Shown here in pieces: positions 57,117 to 64,000 of a stretch of DNA of 64,000 nt (the stretch's first letter is position 1; the number at the start of each line of letters is the position of its first letter). Under the pieces are notes generated by a model. That model worked only from the letters and a program-made list of their open reading frames with translations, was not told where the DNA came from and ran no database searches. Both the position numbers and the translations under genes were made by a program. The stretch spans positions 12,831 to 76,830 of the forward strand of contig CAZUZY010000001.1 of assembly GCA_964624885.1 (NCBI GenBank). The letters run 5' to 3'. Source of the DNA: an uncultured Polyangiales bacterium (GTDB lineage Bacteria > Myxococcota_A > Polyangia > Polyangiales > JADJMO01).

Positions 57117-57789
57117 CGCGCGACGTGGAGGCCGCACTCGGCCTTGGCGGTGCCCGACCAGCGCCCCGCGCGTTCGTCCTCACCCTCCTCCACTGCGCGG
57201 GTGCAGGGCGCGCACCCGATGGAGAGGTAGCGACGCGCGACCAGCGGGTGCTCGGGCAGCGCGTGGTCGCCGAGGTAGGCCCGCTGCTCGGCGAGGGTCA
57301 TCGTGGCGAGCGGGTGGACGCGCACGAATGGCTCGTCGGGGCGTTGCTCGAGGATCGCCGTCCCGGCGCGCGTGGGGCCCTGGTCGCGGCGCAACCCGCT
57401 GACCCACCCGCGCGCCCGCGCCACGTACGGCGCGAGCGGCTCGACCTTGTTGTGCTGGCAGCAGAGGTCGGGGTTGAACTGCATGATCGTGCGGCCGTGC
57501 TCGGCGAGGAACGCCTCGCGCGCGACCGCCGGGCGCACCACCTCGACCCGCAGCCCGAGGCGCTCGACCAGCGCGTCGCGGTAGGCGAGCGTCTCCGCGA
57601 ACAGGAACCCCGTGTCGAGCAGCACCACCGGCAGCGCCCGCGCGACCTCGCTCCACAGGTGCAGGAGCACCGCGCTCCCGGCTCCGAACGACGAGGTGAA
57701 GAGGAGGTCGGCGCCGAAGCGGTCGACGGCCCACGCGAGGCGCTCGCGGGGGCTCGCGGTCTCGAGCCGCGCGCTCTCGGCCGCGAGGT

Positions 57790-57793
<4 letters not shown>
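57113..57793 (-). CDS. cysH: Phosphoadenosine/adenosine 5'-phosphosulfate reductase, Fe-S (APS-reductase) type
   Basis: GTG at 57793 overlaps the cysI stop. SSFGAGSAVLLH, DTGFLFAETL, CCQHNKVEPL (Cys pair), SIGCAPCT (CxxC) and the C-terminal ECGLH. Confidence 0.9.
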
Positions 57794-59498
<1,705 letters not shown>

Positions 59499-59502
<4 letters not shown>

Positions 59503-60095
59503 GGGGCTCCGAGGTGACCGCGCTCCTCGAGCGCGAGGACGATGCGATCGACGGCGGTCTGCACGTCGATCAAGGTGGTGTCGAGGTGGACTTCGGGGGC
59601 GAGCGGAGGCTCGTAGGGGTCGCTCACGCCGGTGAAGGCGGGGATCTCGCCGGCCAGCGCCTTCGCGTAGAGGCCCTTGGGATCGCGCGCGATGCAGGCC
59701 TCGAGCGGCGGCGCCACCGCCACCTCGACGAACGCGCCGATCATGCGCCGCGCCTCGTCCCGCGCCGCGCGGTAGGGCGAGATCGCGCTGACCACGACGG
59801 TCACCCCGTTGCGGGACAGGAGGTGCGCCACGAAGGCGATGCGCAGCACGTTGAGGTCGCGATCCTCGCGGGAGAACCCGAGGCCCTTCGAGAGGTGGGT
59901 GCGCACGACGTCCCCGTCGAGGACCTCGACGCGGAGGCCCCGCCCGCGCAGCGTCGGCCCCAGCGCGTCTGCGATGGTGGACTTCCCGGCACCGGAGAGC
60001 CCGGTCAGCCAGACCACGGCGGCCGGCCGAACCCCCGATGGGCTTCCGGCTGGGCCCGGTCTTGTGTATTCATGATCTACGGCGGCGTTCGTCAT
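59499..60095 (-). CDS. cysC: Adenylylsulfate (APS) kinase
   Basis: [17 protein letters not shown]-loop, [32 protein letters not shown]. First gene of the minus-strand cys operon. Confidence 0.9.
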
Positions 60096-60128
60096 GTTGA
60101 GCGGTTGTCTATTATTGTGGAGGATGAT

Positions 60129-60788
60129 GTGGCAGGACGCAAGGGGGTCGCGGCGGAGGTGGGGCAAGGGCCGCAGAAACCTGCCGCGGGCGCGCGGGCG
60201 CGCAAGGCGAGCGGCAGCGGGGACGACGTCGGCGCCGCCGAGCTCGGTCGCCGCGTGGCCGACAACCTGCGCGCCAAGCGCAAGGCGCGGGGGCTCTCCC
60301 TGGACGACCTCGCCACGTCTTCGGGCGTGAGCCGCGCCGCGCTCTCCCAGATCGAGACCTACAAGTCCACCCCGACCATCGGGCTGCTCTGGAAGATCGC
60401 CGCCGGCCTCGGCGTGCCGTTCGCCGAGCTGATCGGCGAGGCGCGGGGCGCGGTCTCGGTGCTGCGCAAGAACGAATCCAGCGTCCTGCGCTCGCTCGAC
60501 GGCAAGCTCGAGAGCCGCCCGCTCTCCCCCGTCGGCACGACCCCCTTGGTCGAGCTCTACGAGCTGCGGCTCGCCCCTCGCTCCTCGCACAAGGCGGAGG
60601 CCCACGCGCGCGGCACCCACGAGGTGCTGGTCGTGCTCACCGGCGCGGTGCGCCTCACGGTCGACGGCGAGACCCACGACCTCGGCGCCGGGGACTCGAT
60701 CTGCTTCCCGGCCGACCGGGTGCACGTCTACGAGAACCCCGCGGGCGCCGAGGCCCGCTACCTGAACCTGATCGCCTACGAGCGCTAG
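60129..60788 (+). CDS. XRE-family HTH + cupin transcriptional regulator
   Basis: [39 protein letters not shown]. Cupin [40 protein letters not shown]. Start uncertain: the GTG at 60129 has GGAGGA 4 nt upstream, and other in-frame GTGs lie at 60117, 60159 and 60255. Confidence 0.8.
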   Translation: MAGRKGVAAEVGQGPQKPAAGARARKASGSGDDVGAAELGRRVADNLRAKRKARGLSLDDLATSSGVSRAALSQIETYKSTPTIGLLWKIAAGLGVPFAELIGEARGAVSVLRKNESSVLRSLDGKLESRPLSPVGTTPLVELYELRLAPRSSHKAEAHARGTHEVLVVLTGAVRLTVDGETHDLGAGDSICFPADRVHVYENPAGAEARYLNLIAYER

Positions 60789-60841
60789 CGGGTTCGACCC
60801 CACGGTTTGACACGGGCGGCCCATTTCGCCATCCTGGCCAT

Positions 60842-61744
60842 GTGTTCGTTTTTGCGAAGGCCGCCACCTCGGGCGACGTCGCGCTCGCCGATCGTCGATC
60901 GCGCCCCTCGCGCGCTGGCGCCGCCATCTCGCTGGAAGACGTGTCTTTTGCCTTCGACACGGGCGCCTCGATCGAAGCCCACCTCCAGGTGCCCGCCGGG
61001 CAGCTGGTGTGCCTCGTCGGTCCGTCGGGCAGCGGCAAATCCACGATCCTGAACCTCGTCGCGGGCCTTCTCACGCCGACCCGGGGTCGGGTGCTCGAGA
61101 ACGGGACCCCGATCAGCGCCCCGGGACCGGAGCGGGCCATGGTGTTCCAGGACGCGGCGCTGTTCCCCTGGCTCACGCTCCGCAAGAACATCGAGTACCC
61201 GCTCGAGGTGGCCGGCGCGTCGCGCGCCGAGCGGAGCGCGCGCAGCGAGGCCCTGCTCCGCCTGGTGCACCTGCACCGCTTCGCGGATGCGTTCCCCCAC
61301 CAGCTGTCCGGCGGCATGCGGCAGCGCGGGGCGATCGCGCGCGCGCTCGCCACCGACCCGGCGGTCCTCCTCATGGACGAGCCGTTCGCGGCGCTCGACG
61401 CGCAGACCCGCGAGATCCTGCAGGCCGAGGTGGAGCGCATCTTCCTCGAGACCAAGAAGACCATCTTGTTCGTGACCCACAACGTGCGCGAGGCGGTGCG
61501 CCTCGCCGATCGCGTGGTCCTCATGGGCACCCGGCCGGGCCGCATCCTGCGCGCGCTCGCGATCCCGCTGCCCCGGCCGCGCGCCATGGGCGACGAGCAC
61601 GTGACGGCGCTCGCCAACGAGATCGCCGCCGAGATCCGCACCGAAGTCGAGAAGATCGCCAAGGAGGAGGCCGACGATGCGTGGGTGGTTCCGGGGGCTC
61701 CTGTTCGCGTCGATCCTGCTCGCAACCTGGGCGGTGGCATCTAG
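60842..61744 (+). CDS. ABC transporter ATP-binding protein (NitT/TauT family, SsuB/TauB-like)
   Basis: GTG start. Walker [10 protein letters not shown], signature LSGGMRQR, Walker B LLMDEPF. Confidence 0.9.
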   Translation: MFVFAKAATSGDVALADRRSRPSRAGAAISLEDVSFAFDTGASIEAHLQVPAGQLVCLVGPSGSGKSTILNLVAGLLTPTRGRVLENGTPISAPGPERAMVFQDAALFPWLTLRKNIEYPLEVAGASRAERSARSEALLRLVHLHRFADAFPHQLSGGMRQRGAIARALATDPAVLLMDEPFAALDAQTREILQAEVERIFLETKKTILFVTHNVREAVRLADRVVLMGTRPGRILRALAIPLPRPRAMGDEHVTALANEIAAEIRTEVEKIAKEEADDAWVVPGAPVRVDPARNLGGGI

Positions 61745-62429
61745 GGTCGGACAGAGCCCGCTCCTGCCGTCGCCGCTCGCCGTCGGCCGTTCGCTGGTCC
61801 ACGCCACGCGGGACGGCTCGCTCGGCCGGGCCCTCGCGACGAGCCTGCTCCGCCTCTCGTTCGGCTACGGCGTGTCGCTCGCCACGGGCGTCACGCTCGG
61901 CGTCGCGCTCGCCCGCAGCCAGGCCGCCAAGCAGGCCTTCGGGCCGCTGGTGCTCGGCCTCTCGTCGGTGCCCTCGATCTGCTGGCTGCCGCTGGCCATC
62001 CTCTGGTTCGGGCTCTCGGAGACCGCGATCCAGGTGGTGGTGATCCTCGGCGCGATGCTGCCCATCGCCGTCGCCACCGAGGGCGCGGTCCGGCAGGTGA
62101 ACCCCCTCGTGGTGCGCGCCGCCCGCACCATGGGCGCGCGGGGGTCACGGCTGTTGATCAGCGTGGTGGTGCCGGCGGCGTTCCCCGGCATCGTCTCCGG
62201 CGCGAAGCTCGGCTGGACGTTCGCGCTGCGCTCCCTGATGGCCGGCGAGCTCCTCTTCGTCTCGGGCGGGCTCGGGCAGCTGCTCGAGACCGGGCGGGAC
62301 ATCGGCGACACCACGCTGGTGCTGGCGGTGATCGTCACCATCGTGGCGCTCGGTCGCGCCTCGGAGTGGTTCTTGTTCGCGCGCCTCGATCGCGAGATCG
62401 CGCGGCGCTGGGGGACGGAGGTGGCGTGA
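61677..62429 (+). CDS. ABC transporter permease (NitT/TauT family, SsuC/TauC-like)
   Basis: 250 aa, 6 TM helices, with an EAA-like loop (ARTMGARGSRLLISVVVPAAFPGI). Overlaps the ATPase gene by 68 nt; an alternative GTG start lies at 61734. Confidence 0.85.
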   Translation: MRGWFRGLLFASILLATWAVASRVGQSPLLPSPLAVGRSLVHATRDGSLGRALATSLLRLSFGYGVSLATGVTLGVALARSQAAKQAFGPLVLGLSSVPSICWLPLAILWFGLSETAIQVVVILGAMLPIAVATEGAVRQVNPLVVRAARTMGARGSRLLISVVVPAAFPGIVSGAKLGWTFALRSLMAGELLFVSGGLGQLLETGRDIGDTTLVLAVIVTIVALGRASEWFLFARLDREIARRWGTEVA

Positions 62430-63226
62430 TGGATCAGCGAGAAGGCGTCCGGCGGATCGTGCGCGGCAAGGTGTGGCTCGTGGGCGCGGGGCCGGGAGAC
62501 CCGGAGCTGCTCACCCGCAAGGCCCATCGCCTGCTCTCGGCGGCCGAGGTGCTGGCCTACGACGAGCTCGTCTCCGAGGAGATCCTGGCGCTCGCCCCGG
62601 AGGGCTGCGAGCGCATCCCGGTCGGTCGCCGCGCAGTGGGCCCTCGTCACCACGAGGAGCGCATCCACCCCCTGGTCGTCGCGCGGGCCCTCGAGGGTCG
62701 CACGGTGGTGCGGCTCAAGGGCGGTGACCCTTTCGTGTTCGGGCGCGGCGGAGAGGAGGCCGAGGAGCTCGCCGCGGCGCGGATCCCCTTCGAGGTGGTC
62801 CCCGGCATCTCCGCGGCCCTCGGGGCCGCGGCCGCCACGGGCATCCCGCTGACCCATCGCGACTGCTCGGCGAGCGTGACCCTCGCGACCGCGCACGCCG
62901 CGACGGGCGAGGCCGATCTCGCCGCGCTGCCGCGCACCGGCACCGTCGTCCTCTACATGGGCCTCGGCCGTCTCGCCGCGACCGCGGAGGCGCTGGTGCG
63001 GGCGGGTCGGGCACCGACGACCGAGGTCGCCGTGATCGCCCGGGCGACCCTGCCCGACCAGCGCGAGGTCCGCGGCACCCTCGCCGACATCGCCGAGCGG
63101 GTCCGGACGGCCGCGCTCGTCGCACCGGCGCTGGTGGTGGTGGGCGAGGTGGTCGCGCGGGCGGTCACCCCGACGCGCGGCGTCCCCTCCGACCTGGTTG
63201 GCTCGAGCCGCCTCGTTGGGTCATGA
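62429..63226 (+). CDS. cobA: Uroporphyrinogen-III C-methyltransferase (siroheme branch)
   Basis: ATG at 62429 overlaps the permease stop (TGATG). VWLVGAGPGDPELLT, LKGGDPFVFGRGGEE and VPGISAALGAAA. Confidence 0.9.
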   Translation: MDQREGVRRIVRGKVWLVGAGPGDPELLTRKAHRLLSAAEVLAYDELVSEEILALAPEGCERIPVGRRAVGPRHHEERIHPLVVARALEGRTVVRLKGGDPFVFGRGGEEAEELAAARIPFEVVPGISAALGAAAATGIPLTHRDCSASVTLATAHAATGEADLAALPRTGTVVLYMGLGRLAATAEALVRAGRAPTTEVAVIARATLPDQREVRGTLADIAERVRTAALVAPALVVVGEVVARAVTPTRGVPSDLVGSSRLVGS

Positions 63227-63236
63227 TGCGGGGACG

Positions 63237-64000
63237 GTGAAGGAACTCCGCGTCTCGACCTGGAACTGCTTCGGGATGGGGCAGGGCGCGTTCGACGCGG
63301 TCACCGCGTGGCGCGCGCCGTTCCGGGCCCGACTCCGTCACCCCGAGGTCGCGCAGGCCTTCGAGGGCGCCCACGTGACCTGTCTGCAGGAGATCCTGAG
63401 CCGCGACGCCGAGTCGTTCTTCGACGGCCTGCCCGGCCAGCGCGTGCGCGATCGCAACCACATGGAGCTCTCGCCGGTCACCCTGCGCGGCAGCGGCCTC
63501 GGGGTGGTGGGTCGTGGCCACATGCGCGCGCCGCGCATGGAGCGCTTCGGGGGTCGGCAGGTCGGCTGGGATCGCTTCGCGCGCAAGGGCACGCTGCACA
63601 CGCGGCTCGAGATCCACGGCATGGAGGTCGACCTCATGAACGTGCACCTCCAGGCCGGCTACGACGCGGCGTGCACCGCCGTCCGCGGCGAGCAGCTCGA
63701 CGAGCTCGGCCGGCGGGTGGCCGCGCTCATCCACGAGGACCGCACGTTCCTCGTGTGCGGAGACTTCAACGTCTGCGGGCTCGACGGCGGCAAGGAGGAG
63801 TACAGCCGCCTACGGGCCGCGCTGCCCGGGTTCGTCGACGTGGGCGAGCAGGGCAACCTCCCCACCTTCGATCCACACAAGGAGCGCAACGCGCTCGCGC
63901 ACGCGACCGAGCCCGGCGGCCCGCGGCAGCGCGTGGACTACATCTTCGTCCACGGCCGCCGGCGCGGCTTCGCCAGGCTGCGCCGCGTGGAGCGCATCCT
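63237..64000 (+). CDS. Endonuclease/exonuclease/phosphatase (EEP) family protein, 3'-truncated by the window end
   Basis: My own translation from the GTG at 63237: VKELRVSTWNCFGMGQG...LMNVHLQAG...FLVCGDFNV...RVDYIFV. These are EEP motifs. No stop before position 64000, and the ORF is not in the supplied track. Confidence 0.75.
   Translation, partial: MKELRVSTWNCFGMGQGAFDAVTAWRAPFRARLRHPEVAQAFEGAHVTCLQEILSRDAESFFDGLPGQRVRDRNHMELSPVTLRGSGLGVVGRGHMRAPRMERFGGRQVGWDRFARKGTLHTRLEIHGMEVDLMNVHLQAGYDAACTAVRGEQLDELGRRVAALIHEDRTFLVCGDFNVCGLDGGKEEYSRLRAALPGFVDVGEQGNLPTFDPHKERNALAHATEPGGPRQRVDYIFVHGRRRGFARLRRVERI

Noticed and set aside
60094-61052. Small ORFs 60094..60330(+) and 60807..61052(+), both starting at ATG codons
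   Set aside because: They are Arg-rich, out of frame with the XRE-cupin regulator and the ABC ATPase respectively, and have no motifs. The homologous frames use GTG starts.
61677-61744. The 68-nt overlap between the ABC ATPase and permease genes as a sign of a frameshift or sequencing error
   Set aside because: Both reading frames give complete, motif-bearing proteins, and the permease N-terminus [18 protein letters not shown] is a normal first TM helix. An alternative GTG at 61734 would shorten the overlap to 11 nt. There is no evidence of a pseudogene.

Overview
This is a 64-kb, very G+C-rich (by eye above 70 %, not computed) and gene-dense chromosomal segment. I call 53 protein-coding genes; the last one runs off the window. 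I see no rRNA, tRNA, CRISPR array, transposase, integrase or other mobile-element signature.

Several features point to a myxobacterium (Myxococcota); this is inference. They are MYXO-CTERM-type C-terminal tags, myxobacterial Cys-rich repeats, a TIGR02996-like motif, about eight lipobox lipoproteins and an Oar-like outer-membrane barrel.

Gene content in order:
- HAD-IG 5'-nucleotidase, MscS-type channel, DUF255 thioredoxin-domain protein, two GNATs and an acyltransferase-3.
- An orphan PglZ-like protein followed by a 4-hydroxybutyryl-CoA dehydratase (AbfD) homologue.
- A three-gene envelope operon: plug/beta-barrel protein, NHL + Cys-rich MYXO-CTERM protein, Cys-rich lipoprotein.
- gatCA, then recC-recB-recD, spoVR, an S41 peptidase and a LysR/GST pair.
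- A multicopper-oxidase locus with a divergent di-haem lipoprotein.
- A two-gene unknown unit carrying a TIGR02996-like motif.
- pepA-ygfZ, nadA, coaBC-bioA, an AI-2E transporter, a second MYXO-CTERM Cys-rich protein and a Ser/Thr kinase.
- A divergent sulfur-assimilation supercluster: cysC-cysI-cysH-SBP-cysJ facing XRE/cupin regulator-ABC ATPase-permease-cobA.

Many genes are coupled by 1- or 4-nt start/stop overlaps (ATGA, GTGA, TGATG). I used these overlaps to define operons and choose start codons. The giant ORFs in the supplied track (up to 1641 aa) are mostly GC-driven shadow frames or artificial N-terminal extensions.

I do not see a canonical defence island or an obviously new multi-gene machine; most of the window looks like ordinary core genome. 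The best follow-up candidates are:
- the orphan PglZ-like protein next to abfD;
- the Oar-like barrel / MYXO-CTERM / lipoprotein operon;
- the 37.1-40.0 kb unknown gene pair;
- the unusual wiring of the sulfur cluster.

All family calls come from motif recognition by eye. No database search or computation was possible.
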